A stretch of DNA of 64,000 bases from Nemertoderma westbladi (taxonomy: Eukaryota > Animalia > Xenacoelomorpha), in contig JAUCBJ010007165.1 in NCBI GenBank assembly GCA_032718475.1, positions 15,094 to 79,093 of the forward strand, given 5' to 3'. The notes beneath the pieces were generated by a model, which saw nothing but the letters and a program-made list of their open reading frames with translations, had not been told where the DNA came from and did not search any database. A program made the position numbers and the translations under genes. Shown here in pieces: positions 12,671 to 24,892 of this stretch. How positions within the stretch are numbered: position 1 is the first letter of the stretch; each line of letters starts with the position of its first letter.

Positions 12671-13630
12671 TAACTCAGCAAATACAATTAAATACGAAGT
12701 AATACAGTTAATAAGTAATACAGTTAATAATTGATAAAGTATACGAAGTAATACAGTTAATAAGTAATACAGTTAATAATTGATAAATCTCGGCCTATAT
12801 AAGTACAGAAAAATCAACAGCCTGAATCACGTCCTGCGCGAAGGGCCATAGAGTAGTCTACAGTTCTACATGTAACTCACGTGCTGCGAGAAGGACCAAA
12901 CAGTGTCTACAGTTATTACATATAAGTGTGTACTACATGAAGGGCCATACAGTAGTCTATAGTTACTACATGTAACTCAGGTGTTGACAGAGACAGGCAC
13001 ACTTCTAAAACAAATTATTAACTGAACCGAATGCTAGACATTCCCAATACAACCACAACTATATTTATTATCACTGTACTATTAAATTTAAGTTAACAGA
13101 GGTACTATACAAAGACACTATACTGCAAATTAATATATTTTAGCTGACACATGATATGTCTGTATGTAACCACTGCAGAATAGATAAAAATATAAAAGAA
13201 ATATCCTACAATTATTCTAAAGATAAAAGTTAATAAAAATTAAATTACTGTAAATAAAAAATATAGCAAACTAATTTCAGCTACGGTAGCAAGAACATAA
13301 TTAAACGAACGGTAGAAAATTCCATGAAACTGGTTGACCAACACACTCTACCTGTCAACTATCGCACTAGTAGCCCAATAAAATGAATGAAATAATATAT
13401 TATATACGTAAACGGTATAGCTATACCGTATTATGCGCCATCTTGAGAACATCGCGCGTATTGCACTAGGGGAAGGCAGTGTAGTAAAGACCACTGGGCT
13501 TCAAGGGGCACTTTTGGTATGCTGTATGAAGTAGTGGCTTCAAAGTGTGTTCGATTATTATAATTCCATTGTCAAAATGTCCTCAATAAATAATCTCAAT
13601 CTCTAATTTTTTTCTAATTCTCAATCTCTA
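12586..13630. repeat. 'A block' copy 1 (TATA, 3 x 50-bp repeats, 18-bp palindrome)
   Basis: Near-identical to 15180-16181 and, in part, 16373-17148. Confidence 0.93.
12790..12985 (-). promoter_or_regulatory. Putative promoter of the Pro-rich ORF: TATA plus three 50-bp repeats with E-box-like CACGTG
   Basis: Minus-strand acttatataggccgag. Units start near 12827, 12877 and 12926 (tcacgt..tgcg.gaagg.cca..cagt.gtctacagtt..tacat). Confidence 0.4.
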
Positions 13631-14388
13631 ACCTACCTCTGACCGCGTTGTGTCCATTGAACTTACCTCTAACTGCGTTGTGTTCATTGAACTTACCTCT
13701 GACCGTGTTGTGTCCATTGAACTTACCTTTAACTGCATTGTGTTGATTGAACTTATCTCTGACTACATTGACTCCATTGAATTTACCTCTGACTGCGTTG
13801 TGTCCATTTAACTTACCTCTGACTGCGTTGTGTTCATTGAACTTACCTTTAACTGCGTTGTGTTGATTGAACTTACCTCTGACTACATTGACTCCATTGA
13901 ATTTACCTCTAACTGCGTTGTGTCCATTTAACTTACCTCTGACTGTTTTGTGTCCATTTAACTTACCTCTGACTGCGTTGTGTTCATTGAACTTACCTCT
14001 GACCGCGTTATGTCCATTGAACTTACTTCTGACTGCGTTGTGTTGATTGAACTTATCTCTGACTGCGTTGTGTTGATTGAACTTACCTCTGACTGCGTTG
14101 TGTTGATTGAACCTACCTCTGACTGTGTTGACTCCATTGAACTTACATCGGACTGCTTTGTGTTGATTGAACCTACCCCTGACTGCGTTGTGTTGATTAA
14201 ACCTACCTCTGACTGCGTTGTGCTGATTGAACCTACCTCTGACTGCGTTGTGTTAATTAAACCTACCTCTGACTGCGTTGTGCTGATTGAACCTACCTCT
14301 GACTGCGTTGTGTTGATTGAACCTACCTCTGACTGCGCTGTGTCCATTTAACTTACCTCTGACTGCTTTGTGTTCATTGAACTTACCT
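13630..14388. repeat. 30-bp minisatellite (ttgaacttacctctgactgcgttgtgttca), about 25 copies
   Basis: Clear 30-bp periodicity; the ORFs spanning it are 10-aa repeats. Confidence 0.97.
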
Positions 14389-14925
14389 TACTCTTGGCGT
14401 CACCAGGAAACCCATATACGAAAGCATACAGAGACCATGGATGTAAAACAGGATTCTTTGGAAACTCCGAACCTGTTTTATTTTGATGACTCTGCAGTCT
14501 AACGTTCAGGTACTGAGTTTCACCAGTGTAATTCACATTAGGCAACCGAATGCTGATGAGCATATACACAAAGAAGGGTATGAATGGATGATAATGGAAC
14601 ATGATAGGTGCCTGAGTAGCTCCAAGAAGAATATTAAGACGTCTTAATAAATGGTCTATATAATCTTGATTTGGAGATTTCTTGTGAAGCAAGATACGGA
14701 TACAATTGATGGCTTCATCCATATTACCAACAAATGTAAATGTGCAGAGATATAGTACCCTTGATATTGAGGTTGTTATCTGGGTTTTTAGCCATAGCTT
14801 ATACTTACTCTTGGCATCAGATGAGATCTGCGTCGCTAAACTGGGAGCATCTTGACCTTGTATGGCATGTACTGTCCCTGCTCCAAAGTAGCGCACAGGA
14901 AACTGTATTCCGCCTGCCAAGAATT
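14389..14925 (-). pseudogene. Pif1 helicase C-terminus fused in frame to an SLX1-like GIY-YIG nuclease (displaced 3' part of the Helitron-like ORF)
   Basis: IQFPVRYFGAGTVHAIQGQ (Pif1 motif V) and WLKTQITTSISRV (motif VI), then FVYMLIS..NYTGETQYLNVRLQSHQ..GS..PWSLYAFVYGFP. Confidence 0.8.
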
Positions 14926-14933
14926 GGATACAT

Positions 14934-15161
14934 TTGGATACATCCCATACCACATACAACACTAGGAAAGCAGCCATCATTCATTAACCTGGTAAACTTT
15001 CCTAAGTCTAATTCCTCCATTTCTTCTTGATACTCACGGAGATCCTTGGTAAAGTCCTTAATTAGTGTCTTCGTAGGATGAAGATCAAGTTCATAAATGA
15101 CTTGCTTCCAGCTGTCCCTCAATTCCTCTGCCAGCAAATCAAGAAGTGCGGTTGGATTATA
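14934..15161 (-). repeat. Near-identical duplicate of 23118-23345 (internal piece of the Helitron-like ORF)
   Basis: YNPTALLDLLAEELRDSWKQVIYELDL...CGMGCIQ is present in both places. Confidence 0.93.
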
Positions 15162-15179
15162 GACGGGAGATGAAGGAGA

Positions 15180-16181
15180 TGGGTACGGGAACGGGAACGG
15201 GTACAGATACTGGTATGGGTAGGGATAGTAGGGATTGCATAGGCCTATCGAATTTTCCATCATTAACTCAGCAAATACAATTAAATACGAAGTATACGAA
15301 GTAATACAGTTAATAAGTAATAATGTTAATAATTGATAAATCTCGGCCTATATAAATACAGAAAAATCAACAGCCTGAATCACGTCCTGCGCGAAGGGCC
15401 ATAGAGTAGTCTACAGTTCTACATGTAACTCACGTGCTGCGAGAAGGACCAAACAGTGTCTACAGTTATTACATATAAGTGTGCACTTCGCGAAGGGCCA
15501 TACAGTAGTCTATAGTTACTACATGTAACTCAGGTGTTGACAGAGACAGGCATACTTCTAAAACAAATTATTAACTGAACCGAATGCTAGACATTCCCAA
15601 TACAACCACAACTATATTTATTATCACTGTACTATTAAATTTAAGTTAACGGAGGTACTAGACAAAGACACTATACTGCAAATTAATATATTCTAGCTGA
15701 CACATGATATGTCTGTATGTAACCACTGCAGAATAGATAAAAATATAAAAGAAATATCCTACAATTATTCTAAAGATAAAAGTTAATAAAAATTAAATTA
15801 CTGTAAATAAAAAATATAGCAAACTAATTTCAGCTACGGTAGCAAGAACATAATTAAACGAACGGTAGAAAATTCCATGAAACTGGTTGACCAACACACT
15901 CTACCTGTCAACTATCGCACTAGTAGCCCAATAAAATGAATGAAATAATATATTATATACGTAAACGGTATAGCTATACCGTATTATGCGCCATCTTGAG
16001 AACATCGCGCGTATTGCACTGGGGAAGGCAGTGTAGTAAAGACCGTTGGGCTTCAAGGGGCACTTTTGGTATGCTGTATGAAGTAGTGGCTTCTAAGTGT
16101 GTTCGATTATTATAATTCCATTGTCAAAATGTCCTCAATAAATAATCTCAATCTCTAATTTTGTTCTAATTCTCAATCTCT
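15180..16181. repeat. 'A block' copy 2
   Basis: Matches 12586-13630 with few substitutions. Confidence 0.93.
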
Positions 16182-16367
16182 AACCTACCTCTGACCGCGT
16201 TGTGTCCATTGAACTTACCTCTAACTGCGTTGTGTTCATTGAACTTACCTCTGACCGAGTTGTGTCCATTGAACTTACCTTTAACTGCGTTGTGTTGATG
16301 AACTTATCTCTGACTACATTGACTCCATTGAATTTACCTCTGACTGCGTTGTGTCCATTTAACTTAC
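16182..16367. repeat. 30-bp minisatellite, about 6 copies
   Basis: Same unit and same variant order as the start of the 13630 array. Confidence 0.95.
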
Positions 16368-16372
16368 TCTCA

Positions 16373-17148
16373 TAGTCTACAGTTCTACATGTAACTCACG
16401 TGCTGCGAGAAGGACCAAACAGTGTCTACAGTTATTACATATAAGTGTGCACTTCGCGAAGGGCCATACAGTAGTCTATAGTTACTACATGTAACTCAGG
16501 TGTTGACAGAGACAGGCATACTTCTAAAACAAATTATTAACTGAACCGAATGCTAGACATTCCCAATACAACCACAACTATATTTATTATCACTGTACTA
16601 TTAAATTTAAGTTAACGGAGGTACTAGACAAAGACACTATACTGCAAATTAATATATTCTAGCTGACACATGATATGTCTGTATGTAACCACTGCAGAAT
16701 AGATAAAAATATAAAAGAAATATCCTACAATTATTCTAAAGATAAAAGTTAATAAAAATTAAATTACTGTAAATAAAAAATATAGCAAACTAATTTCAGC
16801 TACGGTAGCAAGAACATAATTAAACGAACGGTAGAAAATTCCATGAAACTGGTTGACCAACACACTCTACCTGTCAACTATCGCACTAGTAGCCCAATAA
16901 AATGAATGAAATAATATATTATATACGTAAACGGTATAGCTATACCGTATTATGCGCCATCTTGAGAACATCGCGCGTATTGCACTAGGGGAAGGCAGTA
17001 TAGTAAAGACCGTTGGGCTTCAAGGGGCACTTTTGGTATGCTGTATGAAGTAGTGGCTTCTAAGTGTGTTCGATTATTATAATTCCATTGTCAAAATGTC
17101 CTCAATAAATAATCTCAATCTCTAATTTTGTTCTAATTCTCAATCTCT
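16373..17148. repeat. 'A block' copy 3 (partial)
   Basis: Matches about 15407-16181. Confidence 0.93.
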
Positions 17149-17773
17149 AACCTACCTCTGACCGCGTTGTGTCCATTGAACTTACCTCTAACTGCGTTGT
17201 GTTCATTGAACTTACCTCTGACCGCGTTGTGTCCATTGAACTTAACTTTAACTGCATTGTGTTGATTGAACTTATCTCTGACTACATTGACTCCATTGAA
17301 TTTACCTCTGACTGCGTTGTGTCCATTTAACTTTCCTCTGACTGCGTTGTGTTCATTGAACTTACCTTTAACTGCGTTGTGTTGATTGAACTTACCTCTG
17401 ACTACATTGACTCCATTGAATTTACCTCTGACTGCGTTGTGTCCATTTAACTTACCTCTGACTGTTTTGTGTCCATTTAACTTACCTCTGACTGCGTTGT
17501 GTTCATTGAACTTACCTCTGACCGCGTTATGTCCATTGAACTTACCTCTGACTGCGTTGTGTTGATTGAACTTATCTCTGACTGCGTTGTGTTGATTGAA
17601 CTTACCTCTGACTGCGTTGTGTTGATTGAACCTACCTCTGACTGTGTTGACTCCATTGAACTTACATCGGACTGCTTTGTGTTAATTGAACCTACCACTG
17701 ACTGCGTTGTGTTGATTAAACCTACCTCTGACTGCGTTGTGCTGATTGAACCTACCTCTGACTGCGTTGTGTT
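17149..17773. repeat. 30-bp minisatellite, about 21 copies
   Basis: Same unit and variant order as 13630-14388; abuts the truncated helicase. Confidence 0.97.
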
Positions 17774-18950
17774 GGCCTGGTTTATTACTGCACTTGGCTG
17801 TTGCTTAACATTAGCCACGGGCCAGGTGTCCTCAACCTCTTCAATGCGAAGACAACCTTTTGGAACAACAGCCAATTCCAAGAAATCATCACAATCAGCA
17901 GGTACTGATTTGACAACAGACAATTGACCATTGGAAAATTGAGGTTGCCCAGAAAGCTGATTGTATGTAAACCGAAAGATCTGGTTTAGAAATAAAACCA
18001 AATCCATATGTTCTCGACAAGATCTTGTTATTGAACTGATAATGCTGGGCGTGTTTGTAGTCTTCCATGAGCTAGTATTTGAGGAGGCAGTAGCACTAAC
18101 CTCATCATGGCCACTTTATTACTACTGTCCCCCCCCCTCGTTCCTATGGAATGATAGATACTTCTCCAGTACTTCTTGCTCTGCAGCTCTAGTGCCAACA
18201 ACCTTCAAGACATCATCTGGAACATCATCCCAGCTATCGACAAAGTTACACCGCCGCTTCAATATTGAAATCACTTCATCAATCTGGTTTGGAGATGGGT
18301 TGGAGCTTCGCATAATATCAATGACATGTTGCAATTCTTCGTCATTGGCACTGCGAACATAATGCCTTGCCACACAGACGGTGAATGTTGTCAAAAAGTG
18401 TGTACTAAGCCATACAACCCTACCATCTACAGGTTCTAATTGTAGATGATCATCACATCCAATGAAGAGTTTCCCACCAAAGGGTCTCTGTGTGTTACAG
18501 ATTCGGCGTAATACCAAGTCTATAGCTGGGAGATACTCACAAGAGAGCATTCCACTTTCCTCAAAGAATATAACATTTAATCTTTGGAGATAAGTGAGTT
18601 TAGAGGGATTCTTTGCCAGGGCTAATAAGCAATCCTGGGCTAAACATGTGCTAGTTAATGTATGTGAACCCTTATTATTTACATTGAATGGCATCAGTAG
18701 ATGAAGATGTTCACCACCAAGCAATCTAGCTCTCTCGCTGGTAATGGCAGTAAGTTGCACATTTAAACCACGAGAAAGGCTATATGCCAGTCCCAAACGT
18801 TAACATAACATGTGTCTTGCCAACACCAGGTGCACCAACCAACCATGGGGATTTTACGAATGTTGATGATGGATGACAATAAGAATCAACAGCATTCACC
18901 AATACTTGTCATATACTCTTCTGTTCAGTAACAGATTCCCCAGTTTGACC
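17774..18950 (-). pseudogene. Pif1-family SF1B helicase domain (N-terminal and middle part)
   Basis: Walker A GAPGVGKT at 18813-18836 (frameshifted from ORF 18122-18796); LTAITSERA..LGGEHLH; Walker B VIFFEESGML; PFGGKLFIGCDDHLQLEPV; FTYNQ..FSNGQ. Confidence 0.88.
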
Positions 18951-19949
18951 ACATGCTTTATCCAATAAAGGTTGCCACTCTAGAGGGTTGCCACCCTGCT
19001 AAATCAGCCATATCTGGCAATATCATTCCCTCCTGCCCATATAATACCTCGATAAGATTGTCACGGGTGACTTTCTCCAAACGTTCTACTTCTTTCGTAG
19101 CCTGAACACGAATGCTATCCTCATAGAATAGGGGAATTGCTTCATAAAACAAGCCATCACCAGCAAAGAATTGCCGAAGACCAGTGATTGCAAGATGTAG
19201 GTAACGTTGGAATTGAGCATTACCAATACACTGATAATGCAAGTCTTTCATGACATACGATTTCAATAAGTCATTGACCTCACATTCCGGCACATTAATA
19301 TCATCAGATATTAGCCTTGCCTTCTTGAAAGTTGTTTGAATATCCTGAACATCTAATAAATCTAGTTCAGTCTCAAAACTTCCAAGGGAATAGGCAAGGT
19401 GAAACAAGAAACATCCCATTTGTAATGGACTAACGCTGGAGAATACAACTATAGCTGGTTTCTTATGACGCTCGAGCCCACTTACAAATCTCTTATGGAG
19501 TTGTCCTCTGGATATAGGTAAGAATACCTCATCCAATAACTGCCTAGCAATAATATTGCCATGTGCAGCTTTTCTTGTTAGAAAATCTACAGCTATTGGT
19601 ATACCTGAAGGTCGTAACTTCCATTGATGGTTATTAGCATCAATCCAATAGCACTTCTTCAGCTGCAAATCAATATGATATTTCTTGACATTTCCTATAA
19701 CACAAAAGCATTCATAGAATGTGTCAAGCTTATCAAAGATTAGTAGCTCAGGAGGTCCTACACTGAACGAATCAGAAATATAATCACTCTTGCCCATCTC
19801 ATTGACAGTAAGTATTTGATTATTTGTGAAGTTTCGCCATTCCGGTAAACCTGGCATCATTAATCGCTTTTGAACAGCTTCGAGGACACCCATATTGACA
19901 TATCTGCTTTGTTGTTTCACAATGCCATGCCGGTACTCAGGAGTCAGAG

Positions 19950-21420
19950 TAGAAACATGGACAAAGTCCACATTTGATCTGATGTATGGGAAGCCAAGAA
20001 GATTATGAAGAATCTCTGGATAACCCATCTCCCGAGATTTGATGCCACTCTTATTGGAATCTTTCTTATCATCCTGTTTCTTCAGGTAATTAACACCTGA
20101 AATCGTTAACCCTTCTTGTTCAGTATGGGTGACTTTTACTGATGAGATATTCTTTTTGCCATCGATTTTAACTTAGTACTTGGCACAGTACGAGGTACAG
20201 AACCTTGTATCACATGCCTGTACATTGGTGGATGATCTCAGAGCAACCCAATACTTAGGTATTGTCGGCACAGCAAACTCATGACCACCAGCGGGATAAG
20301 TATGACAACCACCGATAAGATTACTATGTGCCAATCGATTACCCTGATCATCTAATCTAAGAGTTCCATCCTCATTTCTTTGAAGAAGGTTTATAGATTC
20401 AAAATCATCAAGGGCCTCATTGCTATACATATCTGTCTTTGGTGTGAAGCCATAGTCAAAACTTGCTAGGTGACGAGGCATTCAGCAAAACGTATTTTCA
20501 GCCTCATCAATATGCTTATGACACCGACTGCCAGCACGTTCACAGTTGTGTGTTTGCAGATGCCCAAGGCAGCATAGCTCAGACCATTGATCATCCTCAA
20601 TGATTCCTTGTTGAACCAATTCAGGACGATCTGTCCCAAACATAGGAGATAGCAAGTCAATGGTTTGGCAGCATATTCTCCCTGTGGTTTCCTCTATAGA
20701 CTCTGCGTGGAGGGTTATTCCACCATGGATATGTAGCATATTTGCTACAGGGGATCCCTGGTCTTGAGCCTCCATTCTTGTCCATAAATACTTCACATCA
20801 CCAAATGGTTTATCGATACCTCGTGCAATCCAATGGTGAAGGTGATCCGTGAAACGATTCCAACAGCGTGTGAGTAAGGTTGTATATTTCTCCATAGCTA
20901 AAGCCAGCTTTCTGCCTTCCAGATGCTCATAGAGCTTCAGAACTGCATTATACACTGGCGAAACTCCTGGAGTATATGCGTTATTACAGGTGGCTGTGAA
21001 AAAATAATTCCAGTAACCATACCGCAATAGTGCACACAACTCCCTCACACGACGCCGTGATTCCATTTCATTGAAACGCAATATGGTATCTGAAGCACCA
21101 GATTGAAGCCTCTCCTCTCCCTCACAGACTTGTTCAAATCCCTTACGGAGAACAAGCTGAGAAGAGTTATAGTTCAAAACCGAGTTCATGTATACATCAA
21201 ACATGAAATGAAGATAGGCTGGATCCTTGGAAGAAAACAGCCACTCATCAAATGTCCTGATATGCATATGTTCCCGTAGAGATGCTATACCATAATTAGG
21301 ACTATTGAATGGTAGACCATACAAGAATGATGAAATGGCACCAACAACACTTCCATTAGCCTTCATGTACCAGAAATGAGTCCTTCAATGTACATAAGAG
21401 GCAAATGGATGCCATGTGTA
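19950..21420 (-). pseudogene. Divergent Helitron-type HUH Rep domain
   Basis: Motif I YFFTATCN (about 20980-21005); FGDVKYLWTRMEAQ; motif II LHIHG (20725-20733); QTHNC..RC; motif III YCAKY*VK (20176-20190); REMGYPEILHNLLGFP. Confidence 0.82.
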
Positions 21421-23919
21421 CGTGAGGCAATATGGTACAGCACCTTATTAACATGGGCTGAACCTTTACCCCCGTAACCACGACTACATTTAAGTATCTG
21501 GAGGCCATTCGGATTGTTAAGCAGACAATGAGCAGATACCCTACCAATATCATAAATAGGAACAGTCGCACCAGTGGCCAATCCTACTAATGGATATTCA
21601 TTGTCATCGTAATCACCATCATTGATCCCTACCACATAGTCTTCCATAGGGTTAGCAGCATTATCAGCTTGAAATTCACCACCAAAGATTCTGCTTGCGC
21701 TATCTAGAGGACTTCCACTTCCTCATCATCAGATGAGGCATTGTCACCTTCCCGATCACCACCTGTTGGTAGATCACTTGAATGTCGATTAAGAACATGT
21801 TCATTACAAGGATTGATAAGTATCACAGCTTCTGGTTTAACAATCTCGTTTCTCCAGTGACTAAGACACAATCCAACCTGACACTGATTCTGAGGAAACC
21901 CATAAGGGCAACGCCAGCATACGTTCTTACTAACATTAGTGCCAGAGTGCGACTTAACGCATATACCATTATCCTCCTTAAAGTTTTCTCTACGGAGTAA
22001 AGTATTATGCTGGGAACATTTAACCTTACTTTGATTTAGTGACTTACTTTTAACCTTACTTTGACATTAGTGCTACTTGGCTGTCAACAGTTTCACAATG
22101 TAGACCAAAATCAAAATCCTCCTCCAATCTTTCAAGGATATGATTGGCATACATTGATCGTTGCTTTGCTGTGCAGTGAGCAGCATATACACCATACTTA
22201 CGATATTTAAGAAGAGCCTTTTGGGTGTCATTCTTAAATTCTACAGCCTGGAGGATAGTATGCATCACACGGCAATGCATCACTGAAAATGACAGCATCT
22301 GTAGTCTAAGGCCGTCAGACATATATGACTCATTGTAAATGTGCCATGATCTTCTGCCAATATCATTGCCGGGTTGCATGATTGGCATTTCATCAAGACA
22401 TATATCTTTGAAAGAAAACCGATCTCTTTTGTTCTCTTCCGTTCCCTTATTCAAAATTCTTTGGTGAAGCTTGAAGCAGTCGTACACATCCATATATGTA
22501 GCTCCTTCCAAGACTTCCAGAATTAAGTGTTGTTCTGGGGGTTTATAAAACTCAGTGATATCATCAATATATCCAGGATCAAGATGGCAATGTCGACCTT
22601 GGCACATAAATTCTCTCACATCAGGATGACATTCTAAGGTGAGAGAATCAGCATGGTACAACTTTCCATCTCTGACAGCTTCTTCAGGAAGGTAATGGTG
22701 AACAGGGTCAAGCTCGATGTAACACGATGACAACCCATTATATCATCCATCAACCTTACTAGTATGGAAACTAGTTGAATAAACACCATCACGTGGGCCA
22801 CGGACTATATGAGGAGTTAAAGTAGCCATGGCAAACATTTCTGGGTGAATAATCGGGTCATCGGGAGATACTGGGTTGTTTGGGAGGTGGAAGATAAACT
22901 TGTTAGTAGTCTTGTGCTTCTTGCATATCAAGATACACAAGCCCTTCAAAGTTACAATCGTACCAGCCATCGCTTTCCAATCGAGCTCCTTAAATGTATA
23001 AGGCCAATCATTCCTAAAGGAACGTACATGATCTGGCTTAGCATTAAATACTTGCTTAATCGGAAAATGGCTTGCCAAGAAATTATTGAATGGAATAGGT
23101 TTGCATGCTTCAATGTATTGGATACATCCCATACCACATACAACACTAGGAAAGCAGCCATCATTCATTAACCTGGTAAACTTTCCTAAGTCTAATTCCT
23201 CCATTTCTTCTTGATACTCACGGAGATCCTTTGTAAAGTTCTTAATTAGTGTCTTCGTAGGATTAAGATCAAGTTCATAAATGACTTGCTTCCAGCTGTC
23301 CCTCAATTCCTCTGCCAGCAAATCAAGAAGTGCGGTTGGATTATAAACCCACAACCCTGTTCACTAGACAGGAATAGATGAAAGAAGGCCAGCCAAATGC
23401 CCAAGAACCATGAGTAGACCTTCGCTTTGATAAATATAACCATTACGAAGGAGATAGCCATATTCCCGATTAAGCTCTTTCTTGCTTACTGCGTAACTCC
23501 AAAGGATGTTCTGGAGTTTTAATGCGCCTGCAATTCTCACAGACCTCTTCATTCTCTAGAATAACCACAGCACTATCAACTTCCATTGCTTCTTCATCAT
23601 CAACCTCATCAACAACCTCCGCAACCACATCATCATCAAATTCCTCCAAAAGGTCAATATCAGGAATATTCAAATGATCAATATGGATTGAGTCATATCG
23701 AAGAGCCTCCTCATCCTCTTCAAATTCTGACCAATCCATATCATCACCTGGTTCATTACATTCTCCTGCTGGGGGGTTGGATGTTGTAGGTTGAAGTGGT
23801 GGTTGTTGTTCAACACATGGTGATGCTGAAGCACTGTTTGTAGGCAGTTCTGGAGGAGACATAGGTATTGCACTTGCACTTGCAGCAGGCTCCTGGTGGT
23901 TGGTACATCTCTGCAATGG

Positions 23920-24320
23920 CTTAAATGCATAATAATGTGCACCAACATGACCATGTCCAATCAAAACTTCTTGCGTTCCAGGCACCTCAACTCGTTCCAT
24001 GTGGTTGCCGAACTCGGTAGTTAATACCACGAATAAACATGAATAAATCCTACCAAGTGCTTCCAGGATAATGGACTTACCAAAGACCACATCATGTGAT
24101 TGGTTTATCAATTGGGCAACAAATTCCGCAAAAGGCAGTTCATGTGGCCCAGGAGCATACTTATTGGAAAATTCACGCGAATTCTCCCGGAGAAAGTCCC
24201 GCACTTTCTTTCTCATCAACAAAGGGGAATCAGTAATTCCTTGTGATGAAATACGGAATGCATTAAACATGCAGTTTCCATCGCCACATACCCATACTAA
24301 TTCCATATTGCGGTTTTCAG
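23920..24320 (-). pseudogene. OTU-like cysteine protease (deubiquitinase) domain
   Basis: VCGDGNCMFNAF, MRKKVRDFL, FG..ILEALGRIY and GAHYYAF; catalytic Asp/Cys/His are present. Confidence 0.85.
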
Positions 24321-24543
24321 CCTCAATATGAAACCAAGCTGCTGCATTAGTCTGAATACCCATTGATGTAACCCTCTGAGAGGATGAGCATTGTGGCACA
24401 GATGCAGCAGGTTGTTGTACGCCTACAGTGGCTTGGTTTGGTACACCATCAGTGGCTGGCTGGTAATCTCCAGTAAACCGGGGTCCAGAAATAACCGGTC
24501 TACTCCAAGGGTTGATGGGCCCTTGTAGGTTAGGTCCTGTTGG

Positions 24544-24892
24544 CTAAAAAATATCAAAAATAGAGATTTAATTTGATTAGACCAATACTGTATATTATAA
24601 TCTATTTATAAATAAATAAAAACTAAATTATAGTATATATACAAAATGTAAGAATATATATAACTAACCAAAGAATGGAATACAGTAACAGGCTTATAAC
24701 TATTATAAACATTATAAAAACAAGTTTACACAACAAGATAATTAATCACTGTATGTGACCCCATGAGTTTTATTGATAGAAAATTTAAACATGTCTGTCT
24801 ATCAAAAATTCAACTGTTATAATATAATGTTATATTTACCTACTAGGCCTTATGGTAACATTAGAATATATTACATATAATTTTAAACTCAC
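24544..24892 (-). other. Putative spliceosomal intron in the Helitron-like ORF
   Basis: AGG|GTGAGT donor at 24892 and ttttttAG acceptor at 24544. Phase-0 splicing joins ORF 25081 (MDTEAN..) in frame to the OTU ORF. The intron is very AT-rich. Confidence 0.65.

Noticed and set aside
13958-14351. Ser/Thr-rich mucin- or antifreeze-like ORF
   Set aside because: Translation of the 30-bp satellite; open on both strands, with stops in neighbouring units.
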